NCBI GenBank assembly: GCA_963758525.1
Contig: CAVWVQ010000003.1
Span: 320,001-384,000 of the forward strand
Reading direction: 5' to 3'
Length of the DNA stretch: 64,000 bases
Source: an uncultured Phycisphaerales bacterium
Lineage (GTDB): Bacteria; Planctomycetota; Phycisphaerae; Tepidisphaerales; Tepidisphaeraceae
The notes below the pieces were generated by a model. The model searched no databases and was not told the DNA's origin. It was given only the letters and a program-made list of their open reading frames with translations. Each line of letters opens with the position of its first letter. Position 1 is the first letter of the stretch. The translations under genes and the position numbers were made by a program. This document shows positions 1 to 13,630 of this stretch, one piece after another.

Positions 1-2953
1 AGCATGAACTCGGGCGACGGCCAGGAGCAGCGGCGCATCGTTTTCGGGCGACAGCCAGCCGGCGGCGACAGCGCTGGTTGCGGCGGTCTTGTTCTCGCCC
101 TGCACGAGGCGGCTCTCTGACAGATTCAGCAGGACGGCAAAAGCCAGCTCGCGCTTGGCGGGTTCCTTGGACGCGGCAAGGTTCTGGAAGAACTTGATGT
201 GACGCGCGAACTCGGGGCTGCGAATGAATTCGTCCAACTCGTTGACCAGCTCCGGCGGGGCCGCGGGGTCATTCAGCAGCGGCGCCAGGGCGTCGGCGGC
301 GTCACCCATCGACCCGCTGTTGCCGCTGTCCCGCGCCAAAGCCCGAATCGCGTTGGCGCGCAGCGAAGGCTCGGCATGTTGATTGACGGCGACGGCATGC
401 AGCGCCGCCTGCTGGCCTGGCTCGAGGGTGCGATTCAGCGTTGAGAGCATCTCCACGAGAATCTTCTGAAACCCCGCGTCGCTGGCTGCCGCCTTGGCGA
501 TCAGATCGGGCAGCTCGGGGAAGTCGATCTTGTGCTTCTCGAGATTGACGATCAGGCCGCGGACAATTTGCGGATCTTCATGCGACAGCGCATTGCGCAG
601 CGCCTCTTTGACCTTTGCAGTCTGATCCCATTCGGCGTTCTGGAAGTAGGGACCGGAAGTATCGGGGCGCGTGCCCCACCACTGCTTGCCGTCCCAATCG
701 GCCTCGCGATAACAAAGCCGGCAGAGGGCTTCGTATGCCTGATCGCGCACGGCGAGGTCCTTCAGTGCCGGGATGCGGGCGATCAATCCGCTGACGACCC
801 TGGGATCGTGGATCTGCTTCAAGACATGCAGTGCGCCGGCCGTGAGCTGCGGACTGGTGGAGGGCTCCACGGCGCCGAGGCAGACGTCGATCGCGTTCAG
901 ATGCACCATCGCGTTGGTCGCAACGTGAGAGACAAGGAAGTCGGGATCGGCGGTGAGGGGGAGAATCGCGGCGGCGGCTTCGGCGTGTCCGAGCCGGCCG
1001 AGGCCCCAGGCGGCCACGAGCCGAACGCGCGGGCTCGCGTCCGTGAGGGCGTCGAGAAACGGCTTGGACGGAACCGCCGGATCGTCTTTCTTATCGATCA
1101 ATGCCCGCAGCGCAACTCGCGCAGTTCCGAATTGGCGGATGCGACGAGGGCCAGCGTCGCGTCGGCGGCGTCCTGGCGCAGGAGCTTGAGGGTGAAGACC
1201 GCGGCGACCCGCACGGGCAGCGACTCGCCGGACTCAATCAGCTTGGCCAGGCCGGCGTCGAACCCGGGATTATCGCCGCGGCGGATCATCTCTCTCTGCG
1301 CCGCCAGCCGCTGCACCTGGCTTGGGGATGCGAGATAGCTCAGGAGTTGCCCGTCGCTGGCGGCCCGCATGTCCGGGAAGGCGGGCGCGGTGTAATTTTT
1401 GGGGGCAAGTCGGAGCACATAACCGACATTGGGGACACTGTACTGGAACCCGCCGTTGGCCCACGAGGAGGCGAAGAGATGGCTTTCGCCGTCGACGTCA
1501 AGGTCGGTTCCGCGCGGCAGATCCATGAACTTTGCGAACCCGGCTTTGAAGTTTGCGCCGGCGGGCGTCAGCGGATGACGATCGATCTGGCTGTTGCCCC
1601 ACTCGACAGTGAACAACCCGCCGGGAAGTCCGGGTTCGTCGACAAAGAGTGATCCGCACGGAGCGACCGCCGCCGTAGTCGGCGAGGCAATCGACAAACT
1701 CGCCGGGGAAATGCATGAACCGGCTGGGGTAGCCGTAGTAGCCGGTGGGCACGATGTAGGCGAGACGGTCGTTCCAGTTGTCGCCATCATTAGTATTGTC
1801 GCGGGTGAGGACGTTCATGAGGGGATCGACCGCGATGTCGTAGATGTTGCGGTGCCCGTACGAATAGACCTCCAGCCCCGAGCCATCGGGGCGGATGCGC
1901 AGGATGCCGCCGTAGTGAAACGTGAGCTGGGTCCCATCTTTGGCGATGGCTTTGGGACATCCAAAATCGCCGACGGCGATGTAGAGCCAGCCATCGATGC
2001 CAAGGCGAATGCCATTGGTGGTGTGATCCGCGCCGCGGCTGGCCACCATCGTCGGATTGCTGATTCCCGTCACAAGATCTTCCGAACGATTAGCGGTTCC
2101 CGTGTGATTGTCGTCGTAATAGACAGACAGGAATGGCGGGTGCAGAACATAGAGCTTTCCATCGTCCCAGATCATCCCGCGCGGATGATCGACCTCGGTG
2201 AAGACGTTGAACTGATCGGCAACGCCGTTGTGTTTGGAGTCAATGGCGCGAATGATGCGTCCCTTTCCCGGCGCAGGCCGAGCGAACCGTCTTCGTCGAT
2301 ACCGATGAAGAGCGTGCCGGTCGGCGTTGCCGCGATACACGTGACATAGGAAACGTTCGGCGGCGCCGCGAAGACGGTCATATCGAATCCGGGCGGGGCT
2401 TTGAGATTGCTCGGAGACGCAGTCCCCTTGTGTCGCACCCGGCGGCCACCATCTCCTTGCCGAACACTTCAAAGCTGAAGACGCTGGCCCACGCGCCCGT
2501 GGGGAGTTTGACCACGTTCAGACGCACGTAGCGAATGCCGGAGGCATCGAACGCGAGCCGGCGTTCCTGCGGCCCGGCGGGCGCATCCGACTGGTCGGAC
2601 AAGACCTTCCAGTTCGCGGCATCAGTTGAACCCTCAATCCTGTAGCCATACGCAGTGTCGGCGCCCTCCCAAACGATTCGGCACCCCGTGAGATCCTGCG
2701 GCTTGCCCAGATCGACCTGCAGCCACTGCGGCGCGGAGCCATCGCTGGCGCTCCAGCGCGTTTCGGGGTCGCCGTCAAAGGCCATTCCCGGCAGTAATTG
2801 TTCACCCTGACTGCTCGAAGCGCTGGCGCTCTTGCCGGCGGCGAGGTCAAGGGGAACCATCTTCGACTTGTCGGACTTTTCCGCGCCGAAAGCGAAGGAA
2901 CAGAGAAGAGACGAAAGCGCGAACAGAAAGAGAATTGGTGGCCGGCGCAGCAT
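1..2953 (-). CDS. Secreted PVC-type protein: N-terminal F5/8 type C (discoidin) domain, then a glucose/sorbosone-dehydrogenase-like beta-propeller and helical repeats; partial (runs off the window), several frameshifts
   Basis: Signal peptide MLRRPPILFLFALSSLL; discoidin motifs AFDGDPETRWSA and PQWLQVDLG; propeller motifs DHTTNGIRLGIDGWLYIAVGDFG and TRDNTNDG. Pieced together from ORFs 2378-3025, 2172-2438, 1498-2472 and 1098-1790. Confidence 0.7.
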
Positions 2954-3350
2954 GTGCAACTTCTCCGCGTGTGATGTCCCCCGCCCGCTGGTTGGTATGG
3001 AAACAGAACAGCGGGGCTGTTGCAAGATACTGGCGTATTAAGAACTCATTGGGGCGTGCCGAAGCGAAGGGAAATTCTGTGACTGCCACCTCGTGCGCTG
3101 GGATACGCTGACGGGAGGTGACGGAAGGATGGGCCGCGAAGGGCAAGCCACGGCGGTGATGCTGGCGAGTTCGACGCGATGCGGCGTCCGAGTTCAAGCC
3201 GCAACTCGCAACTGGAGGCTGCTCGATGCGCGTTTCGCGGTTGTCTTCATGCGCTGCCTCTTCCCCTCGCGTGCGCCGAACGCGCCGAAGATCATTCTGC
3301 GCGTATCGTCCGCACCCCGTCATAATTCAGAATCTTGTCGTCTGCGGTGA

Positions 3351-4185
3351 CTAGGCTCTGTCTGACGGATCGAGAACCCTCAGGTATTTCAGCATGATAG
3401 CGAGTTTGGCGAAGCTCAAGAAGTTAAGAGCCAGCTTCTCATAGCGTGTTCCCAGCCGACGACATTCCTTGAGCCATCCGATAGCACACTCGATGCGGCT
3501 TCGTTTGCGGTAGCTGCTTTTATCGAATCGCTCGCCCTTTGGTCGTGGCTGATTGGATTTGCGCGGGATGACGGCTTCGATCCCGCAATCGGCCAGGAAC
3601 TGGCGAACGGTTTCGTAGCTGTACCCTTTGTCGCCCGCGATCTTCCCCGGCCAGCCGATGTGCAGGGGCGCTGCACCGCGTGCATCACCTTGTGGAGCTG
3701 CGTGGATTCGTGCGTTTGCCCCGCGGTAACGGTGACGGCGAGCACAAGGCCCTTTCCGTCAGTAACCACGTGGAACTTTGATCCCCATCCGCCGCGCGAG
3801 CGGCCCAGCGCGTGGTCGGCCGGTTCGAAGTCGAGGCCGCGCCCCCTTTTGCGCGCCCGGCGGCAGCGCGAGAAGCACGCACATTGGAGCCGTCGACGAG
3901 CCAGAGATCCCAATCGATCTTGCCCTCCTTGTTGAGTCGAATCCGCAGTGCTTTGAGGATGCGATCGAAGAAGCCTTCGCGCCGCCAGCGGTTGAAGCGA
4001 TCATAGACGCTCTTCCATTTCCCGTAGCGTTCGGGCATGTCTCGCCATGGAGCTCCGGAGCGAAGAATCCAGAGCATCCCATTGAGCGTGATGCGGTGGT
4101 CGTTCCATCGTCCGCCACGTTTTTGTACGGGGAAAAGTGCCTTGATCAGGTTCCAGTGATCATCCGTGAGTTCATAGTGCGCCAT
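3351..4185 (-). CDS. IS5-family DDE transposase, split over reading frames
   Basis: MAHYELTDDHW..LNGMLWILRSGAPWRDMPERYGKWKSVYDRFNRW (DUF4096-like), LGRSRGGWGSKFH, GDKGY, RRLGTRYEK. AAAAGGGGG slippery site near 3842-3850; a second shift near 3655 may be an error. The stop TAG (3351-3353) is supplied by the target site. Confidence 0.9.
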
Positions 4186-4274
4186 GTGTCCTCCATGTGG
4201 AGAACATCATGACGATCATAGAAGAATGCGCAACACCTAACGAGCGCCGAACATTCGATCCGTCAGACAGAGCC
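3354..4274 (-). mobile_element. IS5-family (IS427-like) insertion sequence with 20-bp terminal inverted repeats and a TA target duplication
   Basis: Perfect IR GGCTCTGTCTGACGGATCGA (3354-3373) / TCGATCCGTCAGACAGAGCC (4255-4274); TA at 3352-3353 and 4275-4276 within a CTAG target. Confidence 0.93.
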
Positions 4275-4603
4275 TAGTTCGGCGGCCAAACTACGCGCGA
4301 GCGCGACGATCAGTCGATCCGCCGGATCGCGATGAAAATCTCCTGGCAGGGTGGTGGAATCCAGGCATAAAGAATCGGTTAGGGGTTCGACACAAATCTG
4401 CTCGGCGTTTTGAGCAATCCCAAGCCAATGCCGTGCCGAGGGCCGCAGCGCCAGACGGTTGAGTGAAACCGCTGTCGCAATCTCAAGCAGCGAGATCGCG
4501 GACACGCGCACATCGGTCTCCGAGTCAATTTGATCACGCACTGATCGTTTCAATCTCGGATGATCGTCAACCCACCAAATCCACGCGTGGGTGTCCAGCA
4601 CTA

Positions 4604-4831
4604 TCACTTCAACATCTCCCAACACTCAGGCGGAATCATGGGCTCGCATGGATCCTCGAACCGCTCTACTCCCCCTTGGAGCAGGCGACGGACCTCATGA
4701 ATGGGAACACGGCCCTTGGTGGCCACATGCATCTCGGTCACCAGAATCTGTACACGTTGTCCATCTGCAAATGGAAGCTGAGAGAGCTCTACCTTTCCCC
4801 CGCGAACAATGGCATCGTTGATTTGATGCAT
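4604..4831 (-). CDS. Putative antitoxin (VapB-like), 75 aa
   Basis: Small ORF whose TGA overlaps the vapC GTG start (GTGA); acidic Pro-rich C-terminus FEDPCEPMIPPECW. Confidence 0.7.
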   Translation of the reverse strand: MHQINDAIVRGGKVELSQLPFADGQRVQILVTEMHVATKGRVPIHEVRRLLQGGVERFEDPCEPMIPPECWEMLK

Positions 4832-4875
4832 CGCTGAATTCTACAGCGCGCCAATCCGCCAGGCAAAGGCGGGCA

Positions 4876-5066
4876 TCATTGCTCAAGGGCATTGAGGTAC
4901 GGGGACAACGCTTTCTCAAACCGAATGATCGCATCGATCATCTGATCATGGGTGCGCGACCAGTTGACCTCATCTTCCAAAGAGCCACCTTCCAAGTCGT
5001 ATCGAATCCGACATGCGTCTTTATTATCCAGACGTTGCGAACCAAGCGGCGATCCGAAGCGCTTAG
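4876..5066 (-). pseudogene. C-terminal remnant of a DUF4268-like protein
   Basis: RLDNKDACRIRY..DEVNW..MIDAIIRFEKAL resembles the DUF4268 C-terminus; no start codon or N-terminal half; abuts the cbiX stop. Confidence 0.5.
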
Positions 5067-5492
5067 TTAGTCCCGGTTGCAGCGGAGCGTTCCCGCGCAC
5101 AGTTCGCATTCGAATTTGTGCTCCGCGCACCAGTCGGCGCGCTTTGCCAACAGGTCGAGAATCAGGTCGTCGATGCCGAGTGTCGGCGCGACGTGGTAGG
5201 TGGTGGCGGGAAAATTGGCGGCGGCATCGGCGGTCAGCCGGGGGATGTCCTGCGTCCAGTGCTTGCCGGGGCCGAGGAAGAAGGGAACGACGACGACGCG
5301 CTGGGCGCCGCGCTGGACGCAGCGGGCGTAGGCCGACGCGATCGACGGCTCGGCGATTTCCATGTGGGCCGGCTCGACAATCTCGAACTTCCCGGGGAAT
5401 CGCGCGGCGAAGAGACGCGCGACCTGCTCGAGCATCTGATTGCTCTCGTCGCGACGCGAGCCATGATCCACGATGATGATGCCGGTTTGCAT
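5067..5492 (-). CDS. cbiX: Short CbiX/SirB-type sirohydrochlorin chelatase
   Basis: IIIVDHGSRR, AHMEIAEPSI, VPFFLGPGKHW..DIP motifs. Confidence 0.85.
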   Translation of the reverse strand: MQTGIIIVDHGSRRDESNQMLEQVARLFAARFPGKFEIVEPAHMEIAEPSIASAYARCVQRGAQRVVVVPFFLGPGKHWTQDIPRLTADAAANFPATTYHVAPTLGIDDLILDLLAKRADWCAEHKFECELCAGTLRCNRD

Positions 5493-5511
5493 AATAGCTC
5501 TTTCATGACGC

Positions 5512-5717
5512 GGGGCGGGATGTATTCCGCCACGTTCTCACAAGGCCTGAGGTTTTTCGAAGATCACTGCGACTCTCAAATCCCGCGGCGGGATGAATCC
5601 CGCCCTACACACTTTCCGAGTAGGGCGGGATTTATCCCGCCGGGTTCTCACAAGGCCTGAGGTTGTCGAAGACCACTGCGACTCCCAAATGCTACGGCGG
5701 GATGAATCCCGCCCTAC
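5512..5717. repeat. Cluster of GTAG-type REP palindromes (GTAGGGCGGGATTCATCCCGCC family) plus a ~45-bp direct repeat
   Basis: Copies at 5587-5608, 5620-5641 and 5696-5717; the unit beginning TTCTCACAAGGCCTGAGGTT is duplicated. Confidence 0.85.
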
Positions 5718-5726
5718 ATATTTTCG

Positions 5727-7574
5727 CTAATCTGATCTTCTCGCCGCGAGGGTCGCGTGCAGTTCGATGCGGTTTTTGCCGCGGAGAACACCCAGCGCGA
5801 CCTGATCGCCCGGCTTGGCTTTGGCCAACTGGTCGGAGAGGTCGTAGAGCGTGTCAATTTTGTCTTTGCCAAACTGGACGATGACATCGCCGGCCACAAG
5901 TCCGGCGGCGGCCGCGGGGGAATTGGGGACAGTGCCGCTGATGAGGACGCCCTTGGTTTGCGTGTCGATTCCGTTGCTGTAATCGGGAACGACGCCGAGC
6001 GTCGCGCCGGCGCCGCCGGGCATTCCCAGGTGCATGCCGCCGGTGGAATCGCTGGCGTCGACGTATTTCTCACGCGGGAGATCGATCATGCCGCTGACGA
6101 TCCGCTCGGCGAACTGCGCGACCTGCGCCATTCCATCGAAGTTGATTTTGTCGGCCTTGTCGGAGGGGCGATGGTAGTCGGCATGCATGCCGCTGAAGAG
6201 AAACAGCACCGGCACATGCTTGAGCGCGAAGGACATGTGATCGCTGGGCCCGTATCCGCCTCGACCGAAGGTGCGCAGATCAAATGACAACCCTTCGTCT
6301 GCTTTTTTCAGCAGCGCATCGAAATCCACCGCGGTTCCGGCGCCGCCGATGTAGAGAATGTTGTTGCGCACGCGGCCGACCATGTCGAGATTCAGATCGA
6401 AAACGATCTGATCGGCCGGCACCAATGGGTGATTCGTGAAATAAGCCGACCCGATCAATCCCTCTTCCTCGGCGGTCCAGGCGGCAAAGACGAGCGTGCG
6501 GCGCTGCGGTCCGGCATGGGCGAAATAATCCGCCACGGCAAGCATCGTGGTGGTTCCCGAAGCGTTGTCATCGGCGCCGTTAAAGATCGCGTGCGATCCA
6601 GGGGCAAGACTTCCGGGCCCGCCGTGGCCGAGATGATCGTAATGCGCGCCGACGAAGACAACCTCCGACGCAAGCGGGCCGGCGCCCGGCAGCATCGCCA
6701 GCACGTTGCGCAGGTCCTTCCTGGTCCGCTGGAGCACGACGGTTCCCGTCGCGCGGACGTTTTGCAGCGCGATGCTGGCCGGACTGGTGTTGGCGTCGAT
6801 CATCGCTTGCAGCGTCTTGAGGTCTTTCGCACCCCCCGCCTTGAGCCACGCATCCGCGATCGGACGGCGCACCTGGACGATCGGGATCGGCGCCTCTGGC
6901 GCGCGCATGCCGCGCGAGAACGTGTCGTACAGCACGTCGCCGGCGTGATATGTCGGGGGATTTACCACCACCAGCGCCAGGGCCCCGCGCTTCGCCGCCT
7001 CCTTCGCCTTGTTGAGAATCGCGGCGTGGTCCGACCAGTCCTCCTTCGCGAATCGGCTCGTCCCCTGCGGGTTATGCGGCTCGAACCGCAGAACGAGAAC
7101 GATCTTCCCCTTCACGTCGATCCCGGCGAAGTCGTCGTAGGCGTTCTCGGTGCTGGCGATTCCGTAGCCGGCAAAAACGACCGGCCCGTCGAATGTGCCG
7201 ACCCCCGAATTTCCGGGAACGCCGAAATCCACGTCCGCCTTGTATGTCTGATCGCCAGACCTCAAAAATGTCTGCGGGTCGATCGAGATGTCGGTGGTCA
7301 GCGAGAATCGCTGGAAATAGTCCTTCTGCCCGGGCAACGGCTGCAACCCCAGCTTGCGGAAATTCTCGGCAATCAAGTCCCCCGCCAGCGCGATTCCCGG
7401 CGTGCCGATCATCCGTCCCTCGAGCGCATCGGAAGCGAGGTAGTTCAGCGTGGATTTCATGTCCACGTGGTAAGCCGGCTGAGTCGCTGCGGGTTCCGCG
7501 GCCGCTGGCGCAGTGGTTGGCGGCACGGAGATTGAGCTGCACACGAGCAGCGGGGCGAGCCAGATTAGTTGCAT
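5727..7574 (-). CDS. M28 family aminopeptidase with PA and C-terminal PDZ domains
   Basis: GAHYDHLG, NGADDNASG, AEEEGLIGS, NLDMVGR, PSDH, HADYHRPSD; PDZ SPAAAAGLVAGDVI; signal peptide. Confidence 0.9.
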   Translation of the reverse strand: MQLIWLAPLLVCSSISVPPTTAPAAAEPAATQPAYHVDMKSTLNYLASDALEGRMIGTPGIALAGDLIAENFRKLGLQPLPGQKDYFQRFSLTTDISIDPQTFLRSGDQTYKADVDFGVPGNSGVGTFDGPVVFAGYGIASTENAYDDFAGIDVKGKIVLVLRFEPHNPQGTSRFAKEDWSDHAAILNKAKEAAKRGALALVVVNPPTYHAGDVLYDTFSRGMRAPEAPIPIVQVRRPIADAWLKAGGAKDLKTLQAMIDANTSPASIALQNVRATGTVVLQRTRKDLRNVLAMLPGAGPLASEVVFVGAHYDHLGHGGPGSLAPGSHAIFNGADDNASGTTTMLAVADYFAHAGPQRRTLVFAAWTAEEEGLIGSAYFTNHPLVPADQIVFDLNLDMVGRVRNNILYIGGAGTAVDFDALLKKADEGLSFDLRTFGRGGYGPSDHMSFALKHVPVLFLFSGMHADYHRPSDKADKINFDGMAQVAQFAERIVSGMIDLPREKYVDASDSTGGMHLGMPGGAGATLGVVPDYSNGIDTQTKGVLISGTVPNSPAAAAGLVAGDVIVQFGKDKIDTLYDLSDQLAKAKPGDQVALGVLRGKNRIELHATLAARRSD

Positions 7575-7626
7575 GCGGAGTTCCTCAAGACGGCGGATTG
7601 TATGCGCGAAACGGGGGGCACCAAAT

Positions 7627-7675
7627 AGGGTTCAGGGTTCAGGGTTCAGGCTTCAGGGTTCAGGGTTCAGTTTCA
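7627..7675. repeat. Heptamer tandem repeat (GGGTTCA)n
   Basis: About 6-7 direct copies visible. Confidence 0.85.
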
Positions 7676-7676
7676 G

Positions 7677-7800
7677 GAAATGTCCAAGGGCCAATGGCCA
7701 ACAAAGCACCAAGCCCCAGGGCCCAGGTTGGTGTTCCCGCATTGGTCATTGCGGCTATTGCGGCTTGGGATTTTGTTGGCCATTGGGCATTGGACATTTC
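7677..7800. repeat. Palindromic element (AAATGTCCAA..CCAATGGCCAACAAA family)
   Basis: The two arms are inverted; related copies at ~38026-38139 and ~40152-40190. Confidence 0.75.
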
Positions 7801-7886
7801 TTCGTGAGCAGAAAGAGTTCGAGCTTCCAAAGCATGCCCCCCCGGAAAATGGGGCACGCCAAACGGGAGAGTTCCGTCTTGACGCA

Positions 7887-7915
7887 TTGAACATGGTGTA
7901 TCTGGCCAGTAACAT
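7887..7915 (+). promoter_or_regulatory. Sigma70-like promoter for hppA
   Basis: TTGAAC-N17-TAACAT, 50 bp upstream of ATG 7965. Confidence 0.5.
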
Positions 7916-7964
7916 CCGGGGGTGCTGCTTCTCGAATCGGGGAAACCTGGAGGAAACTAATCGC

Positions 7965-10622
<2,658 letters not shown>

Positions 10623-10632
10623 CGACGCCGTC

Positions 10633-10738
10633 GTGGCACGGGCATGTTGCCCGTGCTGCCGCATGGGCATAAAAAGCCCACGGTATTGAAATCTTCTTTT
10701 TCTCCGCGTCGCTAACACGGGCAGGATGCCCGTGCCAC
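10633..10738. repeat. Inverted pair of GTGG-type REP palindromes (GTGGCACGGGCATNNTGCCCGTG)
   Basis: 10633-10655 and 10716-10738; a related copy at 60235-60256. Confidence 0.8.
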
Positions 10739-10742
10739 TGCC

Positions 10743-10771
10743 TTGACACTCTCGCGGCTCACTCTGATACT
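10743..10771 (+). promoter_or_regulatory. Sigma70-like promoter for the PPIase gene
   Basis: TTGACA-N17-GATACT. Confidence 0.6.
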
Positions 10772-10813
10772 TCCCCGGCGATCAATACCGATGGAAATGC
10801 GCAGGAGTTCAGG

Positions 10814-12034
10814 TTGAAACGAGCGGCAGGCGGTTGTTGCATGGCAGCGATGCTGTTGGCGGGTTGCGCGGAGAGCGCGCCCTCCAGCGAGCACGCGCGG
10901 GTGGTCGCTTCGCCGGCGGCTACGAAGCCGACGCTGGTCACGCCGGCGCCGACGATCGCGCCGAATCCGCTGGATCGGCCGGTGGCGCATCTCAACGGGG
11001 AGCCGTTTCCGCTTTCCAAGCTCATGGGGCCGTTGATCGAGTCGCACGGCCTGACCGTGCTGGTCAATCTTCTGCAGGTCCAGCAGGCGAAGGAAGATGC
11101 CGCCAAGGCGGGAATTACCGTTACGGACGCGGACTTTAAAGCCGAGCGGGCATCGACGCTGAGCGGGATGTTCAAGGACGCATCGGATCAATTGCAGGCG
11201 CAGATCGACCAGGCCGACGCGAAGAACGACACGGCCGAAGTTGCGCGGCTGACTGCGGAAATGGACCGCGAGCAGAGCCAGTTGCTGGATCAGTTTCTCA
11301 AGCAGCAGCACATCAGCCCGCCGGAATTCCAGATGATCCTGCAGATCAACACGTATCTGCGGAAGATTGCGGAGCCGGCCGTGAAGCGCTCGATCAACGA
11401 GGCGGCGATTCACGACGCGTTCAACCAGTTGTACGGCGAGACCGTGCTGGTGAAGATCATTCAGGTTGCCAATCAGGCGGACGTAGCGACGGCCCAGCGC
11501 CGGCTGGCGCGGGGCGACAAATTCGAGGATGTCGCTTTTTCCATGAGCATCGACCGCCTGTCGGGACAGCAGGGAGGCGAGATCCCGCGCTTCAGCCGGC
11601 AGGCGCCGGGGCATCCGGAAAACTTCAAGGATGTCGCCTTCAGTCTCCAGCCGGGGCAGGTGTCGGACCCGGTGGAATCGAGCGGCTCGTTTTATCTGAT
11701 CAAAATGATCGATCGGTTCGCGCCGCGGGCCGTGAAATATGAAACAGTGCATGATGCCGTGAAACGGCAGCTCTTTGACGCCGCGGTCAAAGCGGCGGTG
11801 AAGGTGCTGCGTGAGGATCTGGCCCGCCGGGTTCTGCAGGGCCTGAAAATTGATGATCCGGTGCTCAGCGAGCAGTTCGACCAGCGCGTCGAGGATCGCG
11901 AAGCCCGGGCGAAAGACCGCCAGAAGATCCGCGAAGACCTGGACCGCCAGCGGCAGAACACCACCGCGCCAGCAACGGCTCCCGCGCCGGCGGCTACCGG
12001 GGCGGCAGCTACGCAGCCCGCCGCGGGACAATAA
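10814..12034 (+). CDS. Parvulin-type peptidyl-prolyl isomerase (PrsA/SurA-like) lipoprotein
   Basis: Lipobox LLAGC; FEDVAFSMSID..SGQQGGEI..FKDVAFSLQPGQVSDPVES. Confidence 0.85.
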   Translation: MKRAAGGCCMAAMLLAGCAESAPSSEHARVVASPAATKPTLVTPAPTIAPNPLDRPVAHLNGEPFPLSKLMGPLIESHGLTVLVNLLQVQQAKEDAAKAGITVTDADFKAERASTLSGMFKDASDQLQAQIDQADAKNDTAEVARLTAEMDREQSQLLDQFLKQQHISPPEFQMILQINTYLRKIAEPAVKRSINEAAIHDAFNQLYGETVLVKIIQVANQADVATAQRRLARGDKFEDVAFSMSIDRLSGQQGGEIPRFSRQAPGHPENFKDVAFSLQPGQVSDPVESSGSFYLIKMIDRFAPRAVKYETVHDAVKRQLFDAAVKAAVKVLREDLARRVLQGLKIDDPVLSEQFDQRVEDREARAKDRQKIREDLDRQRQNTTAPATAPAPAATGAAATQPAAGQ

Positions 12035-12111
12035 GTCCCCGGCGGGCGGAACCGGCTACAATACCCCCGTCAACGATCCTTTTCTTTTTCTTTTTCACGC
12101 ACGAGCATTCC

Positions 12112-13346
12112 ATGAACCAGGAACCATTTAAGGTCGAGATTTCGCCGCGCATTTCCCGGCTTCCGCCATATCTCTTTGGGCGGATCAACAAGATGAAATA
12201 CGACAAGCGGGTCGCCGGGATCGACATCATCGATCTGGGCATGGGGAACCCCACCGATCCGACGCCCAAGTGTGTCGTCGACAAACTCGCCGAGGCGGCG
12301 CAGGATCCGCGCAATCATCGCTACTCGGTCAGCAATGGCGTGGCTGGCTTGCGCAAGGAAGTGGCGATCAAATACCAGCACAAATACAACGTAGATCTCA
12401 ATCCCGAAACGGAAGTGATTGCCACGATCGGCAGCAAGGAAGGCTTCAGCCACCTCTGCCTGGCGCTGCTGGGGCCGGGCGACACGGCAATCGTTCCCGA
12501 CCCGGCGTTTCCCATTCACATCTACGCGGTCGCGATGGCCGGCGCCAACGTCATCCGCGTTCCACTGGGGAACGATCAGGCGTTTCTCGACCGAATTGAG
12601 AAAGTGATCGAGGGACTCTATCCGACGCCGAAGCTGCTGATTCTCAATTATCCGCACAATCCCACGTCGATGACGATCGACGCCGGGTTCTGGGAGCGCA
12701 CCATCAGCATGTGCCGGCGGCACGGGATCATGATCATCAGCGACTTCGCATACGGCGAAGTCTGCTTCGACGGCTACAAGGCTCCGAGCTTCCTCTCCGC
12801 GCCGGCGCCAAAGAAATCGGCGTCGAGTTCACCACGATGAGCAAGAGCTACAACATGGCCGGCTGGCGCGTCGGCTTTTGCTCGGGCAATGCCGAGATGG
12901 TCAAGGCGCTGGCCACCATCAAGGGCTATTACGACTACGGCATATTCGCACCGCTGCAAATCGCCAGCATCATCGCCATGCGCGAGTGCCCCACCACTCC
13001 CGAAGCGCAGGCCGCGATCTATCAGGAGCGACGGGATGAACTGTGTCGCGGACTGGACAGGCTTGGCTGGACGTATGAGAAGCCGCGGGCCAGCATGTTT
13101 GTCTGGGCGAAGATCAAGCCGGAGCACATGAAGGGACAGGGGACGATCGACTTTTGTCTGAGGATGATGGACGAGGCGGAAGTTTCGCTCTCGCCCGGCC
13201 GGGCGTTTGGTGAAGGCGGCGAGGGATATGTCCGCATCGCGCTGGTGGAGAATGAACATCGATTGCGGCAGGCGATGCGGAATCTGGATCGGGTGTTGAA
13301 TCCGCGGACGCCCAAGCCGAAGAGGCCCGAGCCCGAGAGGGTCTGA
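12112..13346 (+). CDS. alaC: Class I/II PLP aminotransferase, AlaC-like (frameshift near 12805)
   Basis: [61 protein letters not shown]. Confidence 0.8.
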
Positions 13347-13427
13347 TTCGTTTTGCAGAGGAGAAACATTCGAGCGAGTTGGCGTTGCTATGCAACCTCA
13401 ATAGAAAACGCTGATTCGCGTTGCAAG

Positions 13428-13564
13428 CCCGAGGGTGCAAACACCGTCAGCCCTCGGGGAGTTCTGAATTTGAACGCCGAGCGGTGCTTGCACCCTCGGT
13501 TCTTTCGATTTTTATTGCGCAGGAGTCGCGGGGGGAACCGAGGGTGCAAGCACCCTCGGCGTTC
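13428..13564. repeat. Three palindromes of the CCGAGGGTGCAAGCACCCTCGG type upstream of the RAYT-like gene
   Basis: 13428-13458, 13472-13502 and 13535-13564; the last two form an inverted pair. Confidence 0.85.
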
Positions 13565-13630
13565 GGGGAAGCGCTGCTACTCGGCTTTTTTCATTGACTC
13601 GTTGTGAGACGGGAGGGAGCATCTACAGAC

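Larger units (their letters stand above)
3292..4607 (-). pseudogene. vapC: PIN-domain VapC toxin interrupted by the IS
   Basis: VIVLDTHAWIWW..SAISLLEI..FHRDPADRLIVALA. Removing the IS restores the C-terminus LVTADDKILNYDGVRTIRAE with stop at 3292-3294. Confidence 0.88.

Noticed and set aside
7680..7964. N-terminal extension of HppA (980-aa ORF call)
   Set aside because: It derives from a palindromic repeat and the promoter region; the RBS and promoter point to ATG 7965.
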